A DNA stretch of 64,000 nucleotides from an uncultured Collinsella sp. (GCA_900543595.1 UQRX01000003.1:7178-71177); one strand, 5' to 3'. Counted from the stretch's first letter, positions 47,638 through 56,965 are shown. Notes: a model not told the origin generated them from the sequence alone. Translations and numbers: made by a program.

Positions 47638-48507
47638 ATGGCACAGCCGGATACGACGCGCACGGTGGGGCTCGCGCTCGAGGGAGGCGGCTACCGCGGT
47701 ATGTATACGGCGGGCGTGCTCGACGTTTGGATGGAGCACGGTTTGACCTGCGACCATATGGTGGGTGTCTCGGCGGGCGCGGCGTTTGGCTACAATTTTA
47801 AATCGCGCCAGATCGGCCGCGCCATTCGCTATAACAAGGCCTATTGTGCCGACAAGCGCTATGCGGGTGTAGCAAGCTGGCTGCGGACCGGCGATATGTA
47901 CAATGCCGAGTTTGCCTATCACGAGGTGCCCATCGAGCGCGACCCCATTGACCTGGAGGCATATCGCGCCTGCCCCATGCGGTTTACGTGCGTGTGTACC
48001 GATATCGAGACGGGCGAGGCGGTCTACCATGATCTGCCTTATGGCGACGAGCGCGATATCGAGTGGATCCGCGCCTCGTCGGCGATTCCCGTGGCAACGC
48101 GTCCTGTCGCCATTGAGGGGCGTAAGTATTTGGATGGTGGCGTGGCTGATTCTATTCCCAGCGCATGGCTGTTTGCGCAGGGCTATGACCGCAACGTGGT
48201 GGTGCTGACGCAACCGGCGGGCTTTGTAAAGCAGCCCAACAGCGTAATGCCCATGTTGCAGCGTGTGTTCCGTCACTACCCGGAGTTTGTCGCAGCGCTT
48301 GAGCATCGGCATGAGGTCTACAATGCCACGCTCGATGACCTGGCGCGTCGCGAGGCCGCTGGCGAGGTCTTTGTGGTGCGGCCGAGTGAATCGGTAAAGG
48401 TGCCGTCGCTGTGCCGCGAGCCTGATGAGCTCGAGCGCATCTATCAGATCGGCCGTCGCGATGCGGAGGCGACTTTGCCGGCGTTGGAAGCGTATCTGGC
48501 GGGGTAG
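47638..48507 (+). CDS. patatin-like phospholipase family protein
   Basis: Oxyanion GGGYRG, nucleophile GVSAG, catalytic Asp in YLDGGVAD. The ATG at 47638 gives MAQPDTTRTVGLALEGGG. Confidence 0.8.
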   Translation: MAQPDTTRTVGLALEGGGYRGMYTAGVLDVWMEHGLTCDHMVGVSAGAAFGYNFKSRQIGRAIRYNKAYCADKRYAGVASWLRTGDMYNAEFAYHEVPIERDPIDLEAYRACPMRFTCVCTDIETGEAVYHDLPYGDERDIEWIRASSAIPVATRPVAIEGRKYLDGGVADSIPSAWLFAQGYDRNVVVLTQPAGFVKQPNSVMPMLQRVFRHYPEFVAALEHRHEVYNATLDDLARREAAGEVFVVRPSESVKVPSLCREPDELERIYQIGRRDAEATLPALEAYLAG

Positions 48508-48515
48508 AGGCTGCA

Positions 48516-48689
48516 GCGGAAAGCGCATCCCGGAATGGGCGTTTGGAATGGGATGCGGTTTCCGCGAGAGGCCCGTGGCGGAAAGTTCATCCCGGAATAT
48601 GCGTTCAGACTGGGATACAGTTTCCCACTGGCTCTCTATACGGAAAGCGCATCCCAGTTTGGACGTCCATTCTGGGATGCGCTTTCCGC
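48516..48689. repeat. array of three tandem about 50-bp hairpin units (period about 62 bp)
   Basis: Units at 48516-48565, 48578-48626 and 48641-48689, with arms gcggaaagcgcatccc / gggatgcgctttccgc. The array sits between the convergent patatin and thiE genes. Confidence 0.85.
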
Positions 48690-48725
48690 TCTTGAAGATA
48701 TGAGGCTGCGAATCAGCTGCTCGGC

Positions 48726-49421
48726 CTATGCCTGCTGCCAGGTGTCGACGAGCTCCTTGGCCGCGGCGTAGGGGTCGTCGGCACTGCAGACGGCGCTCAC
48801 CACAAAGAAGCCATCGACGCCGGTGTCCTTGAGCTGCGGCAGGTCGGCTGTCTTGACGCCTCCGCCCACCACGATGGGCACGGGGCTTGCCGCATGGAGC
48901 GCGGCCAGGTCCTCAAAGCTTTTGGTGATGATGGAGCCATCGGCCGCGCGTCCGCAATCGCGCTTGGTCTCGGTCTCGTGGAGCGGGCCGATGCCCAGGT
49001 AGTCGACCAGGCTCATGTCGGCGGTCTTGACGTACTCGAGCATCTCCTCGCAGCGGGCGGAAAGGCCCACGATGGCATCGGGGCCCAGCAGCTTGCGGCA
49101 GACCTCGACGGGGATGTCGCTCTGACCCACGTGCACGCCGTCGACGGCAATGCCCTGCTCGCGCGCGGCGAGCACGCAGTCCAGGCGGTCGTCGATTAAC
49201 AGGGCGACCTGACCGGTCTTGCCGACCTGTGCGATTGCCTGTGCGGCGTCGCCGGTCAGTGCGATGATCTCGCGGGCGCTTGCCACCTTGGAGCGCACCT
49301 GGATGCAAGTGAAGCCGGCATCCAGCGCCTGGGCCACCACATCGCCCACGGGGCGTCCGAGGGTGTTTTCGGGGCCGAGTACCAGATAGGCCGAGATATC
49401 AAGGTTGTCGCGGATGCTCAT
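48726..49421 (-). CDS. thiE: thiamine-phosphate synthase
   Basis: 231 aa with the pattern YLVLGPEN...IQVRSK...GVHVGQSD...GIGPLHET. It is the last gene of the TPP-riboswitch operon. Confidence 0.85.
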   Translation of the reverse strand: MSIRDNLDISAYLVLGPENTLGRPVGDVVAQALDAGFTCIQVRSKVASAREIIALTGDAAQAIAQVGKTGQVALLIDDRLDCVLAAREQGIAVDGVHVGQSDIPVEVCRKLLGPDAIVGLSARCEEMLEYVKTADMSLVDYLGIGPLHETETKRDCGRAADGSIITKSFEDLAALHAASPVPIVVGGGVKTADLPQLKDTGVDGFFVVSAVCSADDPYAAAKELVDTWQQA

Positions 49422-49759
49422 TGTGCTTCCTCCTGCTTCTTGATCTGTGCTTCCATGCGCTCGAGTTTGCCGGTCATGGTGTCGGTAAATCCGGGTCGAA
49501 TATCGGCCTTGAGCACGACTTCGGTGCGGATGCCCTTGCTTGCCAACACAAAGGTTGCGTCGCGCACGACCTGCATGACCTCGTCCCAGTCGCCCTCGAT
49601 TTCGGTGAACATCGAGGTGGTGCGGTTGGGAAGGCCGCTCTCGCGAATGACGCGCACGACCTCGGCGACCTCGGCGGACAGCTCATCGCCGGTGCCGCAT
49701 GGGGCGATGGCCACGGCGACGAGTGTGTTCATGCCGGTATTGGTTGCGGGCTCGGACAT
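49418..49759 (-). CDS. MTH1187/YkoF-family (DUF77) thiamine-binding protein
   Basis: 113 aa, VAIAPCGTGDELSAEVAEVVRVIRESGL...TEIEGDWDEV. It overlaps thiE by 4 nt. Confidence 0.7.
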   Translation of the reverse strand: MSEPATNTGMNTLVAVAIAPCGTGDELSAEVAEVVRVIRESGLPNRTTSMFTEIEGDWDEVMQVVRDATFVLASKGIRTEVVLKADIRPGFTDTMTGKLERMEAQIKKQEEAQ

Positions 49760-49762
49760 GGC

Positions 49763-50602
49763 TTATGCCTCCTCGAGCTCGAGTCGGTTATCGGCGATGT
49801 CTTGGGCGGTCGCGCGGTAGAGCTCGTCGATAAAGGCGACCTTAAAGCTTGCCGGGGCATCGGCGACAGCGGCGGCACGCGTGCCGGCAACGTTGTAGAC
49901 GGCGGTGCCGCAGATGGCTGCCGTAAACGGATCGGTAGCGCAGGCGTACACGGCCAGCACACCGCCCTGCGAGCAGCCGCAGCCGGTGATCTTGGACATG
50001 AGCGGGCTGCCGCCGTGGGACTTGGCCACGGTCGTGCCGTCGGTGATCAGGTCGACCTCACCCGAGACCACAACGGCGCCGCCGGTGTAGCGAGCGAGCG
50101 CCACGGCGGCATCGCGGGCGGCATCGACCGTGTCGGTGGTATCGACACCGCGCACGCGGCTCAGATCAGCTGCTTCGCCCTCAAGACCCCACAGGCCGGC
50201 GAGCGCGATGATCTCGGAGGCGTTGCCGCGCACGATGGCGGGCTTGTACTGCTTGAGCTCGTTTACCAACTGGGTGCGCAGGCTACCGATGCCCAGGCCC
50301 ACCGGATCGAGCACCCAGGGCTTGCCGGCGTCGTGTGCCGCCTTGGCCGCGCGGGGAATTGTCTGCTCGTAGATGGGGAAGAGCGTGCCCATGTTGAGAT
50401 AGATGGCGCCGCCGCCGGCAACGAGTGCCTCGCCCTCGTCGGGCAGATAGACCATGGCGGCCGATCCGCCCACGGCGAGCTGCGCGTTGGCGACAAAGTC
50501 GATCGTCACCGTGTTGGTGATGGAGCCGGCCATCGGATTTGTGGCGCGAATCTCCTCCACGGCCTTGACCACATGTTGCTTAAGCTGTTCCGAATCAATC
50601 AC
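49763..50602 (-). CDS. thiM: hydroxyethylthiazole kinase
   Basis: NTVTIDFVANAQLAVGGSAAMV and the TGCGCSQGGV ATP-binding region. The start is set at the GTG at 50602 (AAGGAGG 8 nt upstream), because the riboswitch terminator lies inside the longer track ORF. Confidence 0.85.
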   Translation of the reverse strand: MIDSEQLKQHVVKAVEEIRATNPMAGSITNTVTIDFVANAQLAVGGSAAMVYLPDEGEALVAGGGAIYLNMGTLFPIYEQTIPRAAKAAHDAGKPWVLDPVGLGIGSLRTQLVNELKQYKPAIVRGNASEIIALAGLWGLEGEAADLSRVRGVDTTDTVDAARDAAVALARYTGGAVVVSGEVDLITDGTTVAKSHGGSPLMSKITGCGCSQGGVLAVYACATDPFTAAICGTAVYNVAGTRAAAVADAPASFKVAFIDELYRATAQDIADNRLELEEA

Positions 50603-50620
50603 TGCACATGCCTCCTTGGC

Positions 50621-50760
50621 ATAGAAAAGGGGCGCTGTGCATAGACAGCGCCCCTGTAAAGGCGGCATGCTCCCTACGCCAGCATTAACTGACAGGTTCA
50701 AAGGATTGGGCCCCATGCCCTCTCAGCCTTGTGGTTTGCACCGCCGGCACTCCCGCATCG
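50621..50760 (-). promoter_or_regulatory. TPP (THI-box) riboswitch with an intrinsic terminator
   Basis: The minus strand reads GGGAGUGCCGG...GGCUGAGAGGGCAUGGGGCCCAAUCCUUUGAACCUGUCAGUUAAUGCUGGCGUAGGGAGC, then GGGGCGCUGUCUAUGCACAGCGCCCCUUUUCU (hairpin 50629-50654 plus U-tract). Confidence 0.9.
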
Positions 50761-50785
50761 AATCTGTTGTTCCCTATACTAACGC

Positions 50786-50820
50786 ACCTGCCAAAAAGGG
50801 ACAGGTTTATTTTGGCAGGT
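50786..50820. repeat. hairpin family, subfamily B copy (acctgccaaaa AGGGACAGGTTTA ttttggcaggt)
   Basis: The loop is identical to the 33970 copy. The stem differs by one compensated pair (A-T to G-C). It lies in the divergent thiM / HAD region. Confidence 0.8.
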
Positions 50821-50857
50821 CGTTACAATAGGTAGGACCGATATGAATGGGGACCTC

Positions 50858-51766
50858 ATGATCAAACTTGTGCTGACCGATATGGACGATACGCTGATTC
50901 CGGCCGGGCATGACGGCGCCAGCGACTACGCCATCGAGGGCATTCATGCCATGCAGGCAGCGGGTCTGCACTTTGGCCCGGTTTCGGGTCGCCAGCCGTC
51001 CGCTATGGGCTGGATGTTCAAAAATCGTTCCGAGTGTTTTTCGACTGGCGCGTTCTGTAACGGCCAGGTGATGTTTGTCGGCGGCGAAGTAGTCGCCTCG
51101 CGCGCAATCGACAACGATGCTCTGATGCGTTTGGCCGACTATCTGGAGCAAGAGACCGACGATACATTTTTAAAAGTCTATGGCCTGGGCGATGACTTTT
51201 GGGGCAACGATGCCTATTGCGTGACGAGTGATCCCGAGCGCGTTCGTCGCGCCATGGGGTCGGGCGGCAACACATGGCTCAAAGGCGAAGAGGCCCCGTG
51301 CCGTCCCGTCGTCGATGAAGTGCCGGTGTTCAAGGCGAATATCTGGAGTGCCCGTTCGCGTGAGGAGCTCGCGGAGCTACGCGAGCGCGTTGCCGCTGAG
51401 GTGCCGGAACTCTCGCTTGTGTTTCCCAACAACCGAGTGCGCCTGTTTGACATCCTTCCAGCAGGTTGGGACAAGGGTTGCGCTGCGCTGGAGTTGGCAC
51501 GCGCTTTGGGCCTGACGCCCGACGAGGTGGCCGTATTTGGCGATTCCGATAACGATTTGCCCATGATCGATGCCGTTCCCAACTCCGTTGCAGTCGCCAA
51601 TGCCAACGAGGCCGTCACGGCTGCCGCACGCTGGCATATCGGCGCCGCGGCAGATGATGCGGTCGCCGGGGCTCTGCATCAGATTGCCGCCTGTGCCGCG
51701 ACGGGGGAGATGCCGCCGTTTATGTGTCAGATGGATACGATGGGTTTCGACGTCACGAACGTCTAG
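50858..51766 (+). CDS. Cof-type HAD-IIB family hydrolase
   Basis: MIKLVLTDMDDTLIP (DxD motif) and GDSDNDLPM. An alternative ATG lies at 50843. Confidence 0.8.
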   Translation: MIKLVLTDMDDTLIPAGHDGASDYAIEGIHAMQAAGLHFGPVSGRQPSAMGWMFKNRSECFSTGAFCNGQVMFVGGEVVASRAIDNDALMRLADYLEQETDDTFLKVYGLGDDFWGNDAYCVTSDPERVRRAMGSGGNTWLKGEEAPCRPVVDEVPVFKANIWSARSREELAELRERVAAEVPELSLVFPNNRVRLFDILPAGWDKGCAALELARALGLTPDEVAVFGDSDNDLPMIDAVPNSVAVANANEAVTAAARWHIGAAADDAVAGALHQIAACAATGEMPPFMCQMDTMGFDVTNV

Positions 51767-51776
51767 GGAGAAGGCT

Positions 51777-52673
51777 ATGAAGCTTCAGCAGCTCAGGTAT
51801 GTCGTCAAAGTTGCCGAATGCGGCAGCATCACCGAGGCCTCGCGCCGGCTCTTTGTGTCGCAGCCTTCGATTACCGCATCGATTCGCGATCTCGAAAACG
51901 AGATGGGTGTGCATATCTTTGAGCGTACCAACAAAGGCGTCATTGTGTCCGAGGAGGGCGAGACCTTCTTGGGCTACGCGCGCCAGGTGCTCGACCAGGC
52001 CGACCTGCTCGAGGGCAAGTACAAGGGCGCATCCGAGCAGGTGCCGCATTTTAGTGTGAGCTGTCAGCATTATTCCTTTGCCGTTAACGCGTTTGTCGAC
52101 GTGATCCGTGAGTTCGATGCCGCGCGCTACGACTTTACCCTGCGCGAGGAGCAGACTCACGAGATTATCGAGGACGTCGCGCATATGAAAAGCGAACTCG
52201 GCATCCTGTACCTGTCCGAGCACAATCGCGAGGTCATCGAGCGCATGCTCGCCGCTAACGAGCTCGTGTTCGAAGGGCTCTTCTGCGCCACGCCGCATGT
52301 CTTTGTATGCGCCGACCATCCGCTGGCGGGCCGCTCCAGCGTGACGCTCGAGGACTTGGAAGACTACCCGTTCTTGTCCTATGAGCAGGGCAGCTATAAC
52401 TCGTTCTACTATTCCGAGGAACTGACCTCGACGTTTGAGCGCCGCAAGAACATCCGCGTGCGCGACCGTGCGACGCTGTTCAACCTGGCTATGGGCCTTA
52501 ACGGCTACACGGTGTGTTCGGGCGTGATCAGTCACGAGCTCAACGGCCCCGGCATCATCTCGATTCCGCTCGATGTGGACGAGTACATGGAGATCGGCAT
52601 CATTACGCGCAAAAATACGACGCTCACGCGCTACGGCCAAGCTTATATCGACGCAATCCGTCAGCATATTTAG
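51777..52673 (+). CDS. LysR-family transcriptional regulator
   Basis: MKLQQLRYVVKVAECGSITEASRRLFVSQPSITASIRDLE. The upstream part of the track ORF overlaps the HAD gene and is rejected. Confidence 0.85.
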   Translation: MKLQQLRYVVKVAECGSITEASRRLFVSQPSITASIRDLENEMGVHIFERTNKGVIVSEEGETFLGYARQVLDQADLLEGKYKGASEQVPHFSVSCQHYSFAVNAFVDVIREFDAARYDFTLREEQTHEIIEDVAHMKSELGILYLSEHNREVIERMLAANELVFEGLFCATPHVFVCADHPLAGRSSVTLEDLEDYPFLSYEQGSYNSFYYSEELTSTFERRKNIRVRDRATLFNLAMGLNGYTVCSGVISHELNGPGIISIPLDVDEYMEIGIITRKNTTLTRYGQAYIDAIRQHI

Positions 52674-52822
52674 CCTTTTGAGCGGTGCCGCATTTAAACT
52701 TGGCACCGTTCGATTTACCGCGAACGTCCCAGGATGAGGCTGTATTTCGAGCCACATGTCCCATTAACCGGCGCCCCCTCGCATTACCATCAAAGTGAGC
52801 CGCTATGCGAGGGGAGGTCGCC

Positions 52823-53842
52823 ATGGATCGGATATATACCGATAGCTGGCGCTTTCCCATGCCGCTTATGTGTACGGCGTTTGAGCCAGGAACGCTCGAC
52901 AAAACGCTCGACGTCATGCATAAAGATGACTATGGCGTGATCGCGCGTGCCGAGGCGCACTACTATCGCGGTTGCCCCGATGAGGCCCGACGCCTGGCGG
53001 AGCCGTACTTGCTATCGGATGACCTTTCGCTCCGTCTTTCGGCATGCCTGTTGTGCGCCTATGCAAATCTGTCGCTGAATCGCGCATTGGCGGCGCGCCG
53101 CTGCCTTGCGTACCTCGAGGAGACGGGGAAGGGCCAAAGGGCGGCAAAGGATCCACGCGCCCGGGTCTCATATATGCTGCTTGCGGCGAGCGCCTGCGTG
53201 CTGCTGCATTTTCCCTCGCCGGTGTCACGCGGCGAATTCGATTTATATGCATCGCTGCTGCCCGAGGGGCTGCGCCTGTTTGCAACCTATGCGCTGGCGC
53301 ACCGTACCTACCTCGACGGCGATTACGGACGCTGCGTGGGTATGGCGGAGAACGCCTTGTCGATGAAGCAAGAAAGCTATCCCGTTCCTGAGGCCTTCTT
53401 GCACCTGATTGCCGCCGTTGGGTGGATTAACCAGCGCGAAGCTGACCGCGCGAACGCTCATTTTATGCGTGCCTGGCAGATTGCGCAGCCCGATGGCTTG
53501 ATTGAAATCGTCGGCGAGCATCACGGGCTTTTGCAAGGCGTGTTGGAGTCATGCCTTAAGAAAGAGCATCCGCAGGAGTTCGCGGAGATCATCAAAGTTA
53601 CCGAGCGGTTTAGCCGCGGCTGGCGTCGCGTGCATAATCCGGGTGCGGGCGCCACTGTTGCCGAAAGCCTGACCACGACGGAGTTCGCCATCGCTATGCT
53701 GGCCTGTCGCGGCTGGACCAACGATGAGATTGCCGCCCACATGGGTATCTCGCGTGGCACGGTTAAGAATCGCCTGTCGAACACCTATGCCAAGCTGGGC
53801 ATAACGAGTCGCGCCGCGCTGAAACAGTTTGTATTGCTGTAG
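52823..53842 (+). CDS. LuxR-family transcriptional regulator (helical N-domain plus C-terminal HTH)
   Basis: C-terminal LTTTEFAIAMLACRGWTNDEIAAHMGISRGTVKNRLSNTYAKLGI. ATG at 52823 with GGGGAGG 6 nt upstream. Confidence 0.8.
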   Translation: MDRIYTDSWRFPMPLMCTAFEPGTLDKTLDVMHKDDYGVIARAEAHYYRGCPDEARRLAEPYLLSDDLSLRLSACLLCAYANLSLNRALAARRCLAYLEETGKGQRAAKDPRARVSYMLLAASACVLLHFPSPVSRGEFDLYASLLPEGLRLFATYALAHRTYLDGDYGRCVGMAENALSMKQESYPVPEAFLHLIAAVGWINQREADRANAHFMRAWQIAQPDGLIEIVGEHHGLLQGVLESCLKKEHPQEFAEIIKVTERFSRGWRRVHNPGAGATVAESLTTTEFAIAMLACRGWTNDEIAAHMGISRGTVKNRLSNTYAKLGITSRAALKQFVLL

Positions 53843-53903
53843 GCGGCTGGGCGGGTGCGCCTGTTTTGGACGAATAATTGAATCGGGGTCGTTCAAACGC
53901 GGC

Positions 53904-53933
53904 GCGGCCGCCGGTGGGAGGTCCGGCGGCCGC
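53904..53933. terminator. GC-rich 11-bp hairpin between convergent luxR-type and surface-protein genes
   Basis: gcggccgccgg tgggaggt ccggcggccgc. Confidence 0.5.
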
Positions 53934-53985
53934 TTGCCATGGGACGGTGCGCGCCCGCATTGATCGAGCGTCACGAGGCTTGGAG

Positions 53986-55617
53986 TTACGAGCGCTTGCG
54001 GCTGGTAAAGATGCCAGCGACGACGGCTGCCATGCCCGTAATGGCGGCAGCGACGGCACCCATAATGGAAGCGTCACCCGTGGCCGCGAGCGTGTCCTTG
54101 GTGTTGACATGCTTAATGGTCGCGGCGGCGGTCGTTACCTTAGGCTTCGACTCGGGCTTTGCCGGGGGCGTCTCCACCGGAACGATGACGGCGCGCTTGG
54201 CGATGGCGTTGCTATCCAGATTAGTGATGACATCATTGGCGGTGCCGATCGTCTGGCCGCGCTGGTAGGGGGCATCGGCGGGTTCGGTGCCAACGAAGCG
54301 CACGTCGCAAATGCGTCCACCATTGGGTGTTTCGATAATGCTATCGACGATATTGATTGTTCCGGCAATGCTGCCGTCTGCACTATTCACGACGGCCATA
54401 ATGGCGGCAGTGTCGCCTTCTGCCGTTACGCGACTGTGTGTGATGGAGATGGTCGCGGGCGTTAAACCGTGCTCGGTGAAGGCTAAGATGCCGAATGTGC
54501 GGGCATTCACGTCTGGGTCTACTACGACAATGTCGCCATTGGTGATGGGCGGTAGGGGCTGGTTGCCTCCATCGTGGTTGATGTAGTGGGCAATGGCCTC
54601 GACGGTCGAGTCGCTGATGAAGATGCGCCCGCCAGGTCCGCCGGTGTCGTAATTGTACGAGTAGATTCCTGTGGCGTTTTCGCCTTCGGCATAGGCGTGG
54701 ACAAATGAACCGTTTTTAATGGTGATGTCACCCTCGTCGGTGAAGATGGCGGCTGGGTTGCCTTCGCGTGCTGGGTATGCATACGCTCGTACAGTCGCCG
54801 CATCAATGGTCAAGCCGTCGAAGGCATGTATGCCGCTGCCGAATCCCTGAGCGGTCAGCGTGCTGTTGGATACCGTGAGGGTTTCTTCGGCGACGATACC
54901 GAAATCCTGTTCGGAGCGCGTGTCGACTGTGCCGCCACCGGCTATGGTTATGTCGCCGTCGGCAAGGATGCTTTCGGCACGTGCGCCCTTGGCGGTAACG
55001 GTTCCGCTCGTATTGATTGAGAGGCCATTATCGGCGTGGATGCCGCTGGCGTCGCCCGAAGCGTTGACAGTGCCTGTTCCGCTGATCGTCATATCGCCCT
55101 GGGAATACAAGGCGTCGCCTTCTGCTGTTGCCGTCAGGGTGCCCGTTCCGGAGATGTTGAGCTCGGCGCTCTCATTGGCACCGTCTATAACGGAAATGCC
55201 GTCGCCTTCGTCATTGGCAACCGTATTGGTGCCCTCGTAGCTCACGTTGAGCTTACCACCGGCAGCGATGCCTCCGCCGTTATAACCATTGAGTGTCATG
55301 TCGTCGGCGCCGTCCCAGGCCCACGTGCTGCCGTCGCCGGCTGTGGCGCCGGCGGTATAGGTGTTGCCGTCGACCTCGACCCACTCTGCCGCAAACGAGA
55401 TGCTCGGCATGAGCAGCGAGCTCAGGGTAAGTGCGCAGGTCAGGCCGCAAACAATGCGGCGGGTCACGCGGCGCCAGCTGCCACAGGTGAGAACGGCGCG
55501 CTGGCGCACGGGGGTCTCGGCGTAATGGAGCCCTGTAGTGCGATCGGTGCGGCGCGTGGGGTCGTGAACGTGGTCATGGTCGCTCCTATCTCTCGCGTGG
55601 CCTTGTGCGGTCACCAC
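53986..55617 (-). CDS. LAXTG-anchored beta-helix surface protein, paralog 1 (canonical start out of frame)
   Basis: Signal-like WRRVTRRIVCGLTCALTLSSLLMPSISFAAEW. Repetitive G/T/N-rich units (ISGTGTLTATAEGDA..., ISGTGTVNASGDASG...). C-terminal LAATGD plus a hydrophobic segment plus SRKRS. The SD-ATG conserved in the paralogs (55575-55577) is in another frame. Confidence 0.7.
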   Translation of the reverse strand: MVTAQGHARDRSDHDHVHDPTRRTDRTTGLHYAETPVRQRAVLTCGSWRRVTRRIVCGLTCALTLSSLLMPSISFAAEWVEVDGNTYTAGATAGDGSTWAWDGADDMTLNGYNGGGIAAGGKLNVSYEGTNTVANDEGDGISVIDGANESAELNISGTGTLTATAEGDALYSQGDMTISGTGTVNASGDASGIHADNGLSINTSGTVTAKGARAESILADGDITIAGGGTVDTRSEQDFGIVAEETLTVSNSTLTAQGFGSGIHAFDGLTIDAATVRAYAYPAREGNPAAIFTDEGDITIKNGSFVHAYAEGENATGIYSYNYDTGGPGGRIFISDSTVEAIAHYINHDGGNQPLPPITNGDIVVVDPDVNARTFGILAFTEHGLTPATISITHSRVTAEGDTAAIMAVVNSADGSIAGTINIVDSIIETPNGGRICDVRFVGTEPADAPYQRGQTIGTANDVITNLDSNAIAKRAVIVPVETPPAKPESKPKVTTAAATIKHVNTKDTLAATGDASIMGAVAAAITGMAAVVAGIFTSRKRS

Positions 55618-55831
55618 TAAGCGTATGGTCGATAGGGCAAAGCTGCTAGTGCCATATGGACACGAAAATGGCTATTTGAACTGGCGGATATGGGATAGTT
55701 TGGCTCGCGGGTCCGTTGGTGTGCATATAGAAGTTTCCTATATCAAACCAATACAAACGCATATTTTACGATGGCGGTAAGAGCGCTCATACTCTCTCTC
55801 AATAAAGCAATCAATTGCAAGGGAGACATCT

Positions 55832-56965
55832 ATGAGTGCTTTAACCACGCTGAACGCGCCGTTTCGCGCCGATATCGTCGGCAGTTTTCTTCGTCCGCAG
55901 GCCGTAAGGGACGCCCGCGCTGCCTATGCGGCAGGCACGCTTGACGCCGAGGGGCTTAAGGCCGTCGAGGACGAGGCCATTCGCGATTTGGTGGCAAAGC
56001 AAAAGGCCGCTGGCCTGCAGGTGATTACTGATGGCGAGTTTCGCCGCAGTTACTGGCACCTCGACTTTATGTGGGGACTCAACGGCATTGAACGCCGTAC
56101 CTCGCGTACGGGCTATATGTTCCACGACGAGGAGACCACGGCCGATACCGCCGTGGTGACCGGCCCCATCAGCGGCGAGAACCACCCCTTCGTCGAGCAC
56201 TTTAAGTTTGTCAAGGCACTTGAGGGCGAGGGCCACGTTGCACGCCAGACCATCCCGGCGCCTATCCAGACGTTCTCTGAGGTCACGCTCGATCGCTGCG
56301 ACGGCCAGCAGGAGAGCCTGCACGCTGTCTATAAGACCGATGGGGAACTTGCCGACGCCATTGCAGCTGCTTATCGCACGGTGATTGCCGACCTGTACGC
56401 TGCAGGCTGCCGCAACATCCAGTTTGATGACTGCACCTGGGGTATCTACTGCGATACCGATTTTGTCGCCAAAACCGGCATGAGCCCGGTCGACCTGCAA
56501 AAGGTAAGCGAGCTGGGCGTGGCGCTCAACAACGCAGCCATCGAGGGCAAGCCCGACGACCTGGTCATTAACACGCATGTATGCCGCGGCAACTACCACT
56601 CCACCTACGCTTTTGAGGGCGGCTACGACCCCATCGCGCCGTACCTGTTTGCAAACGAGGATGTTGACGCATTTTACCTGGAGTTCGATACGCCGCGCGC
56701 CGGTGGTTTTGAGCCGCTGAAGTATGTTGCCCCCGGCAAGAAGGTCGTGTTGGGCCTGGTGACCACCAAGGCCGCTGAGCTTGAGGACGAGGATGCCATC
56801 GTCGAGCGTATTCACGAGGCTGCAAAGTATGTTCCGCTCGAGAACCTATATCTGTCGCCCCAGTGTGGCTTTGCCAGCTGTGAGATTGGCAACAAGCTGA
56901 CCGAGGACGAGCAGTGGGCAAAGATTGCGCTGGTTAGGCGCATTGCCGAGCGCGTTTGGAAGTAG
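55832..56965 (+). CDS. cobalamin-independent methionine-synthase-like protein (MetE C-terminal domain family, YxjG/YxjH-like)
   Basis: 377 aa. Zinc-ligand motifs HVCRGNY and SPQCGFAS. ITDGEFRRSYWHLDF. Confidence 0.8.
   Translation: MSALTTLNAPFRADIVGSFLRPQAVRDARAAYAAGTLDAEGLKAVEDEAIRDLVAKQKAAGLQVITDGEFRRSYWHLDFMWGLNGIERRTSRTGYMFHDEETTADTAVVTGPISGENHPFVEHFKFVKALEGEGHVARQTIPAPIQTFSEVTLDRCDGQQESLHAVYKTDGELADAIAAAYRTVIADLYAAGCRNIQFDDCTWGIYCDTDFVAKTGMSPVDLQKVSELGVALNNAAIEGKPDDLVINTHVCRGNYHSTYAFEGGYDPIAPYLFANEDVDAFYLEFDTPRAGGFEPLKYVAPGKKVVLGLVTTKAAELEDEDAIVERIHEAAKYVPLENLYLSPQCGFASCEIGNKLTEDEQWAKIALVRRIAERVWK

Noticed and set aside
45556-48507. CBASS-like pairing of a cyclic-dinucleotide synthase (GGDEF) with a patatin effector.
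   Set aside because: The genes are divergent and separated by an EAL remnant. The patatin looks like the common YjjU/RssA-type housekeeping family, the cyclase is an ordinary PAS-GGDEF signalling protein, and there is no CD-NTase.
55618-55831. AT-rich 210-bp leader upstream of the MetE-like gene, examined for SAM, T-box or B12 riboswitches.
   Set aside because: No conserved cores were seen (SAM-I kink-turn/GAGGGA, the T-box AGAGA...UGGNACC, or the B12 box). It is more simply a divergent promoter region.
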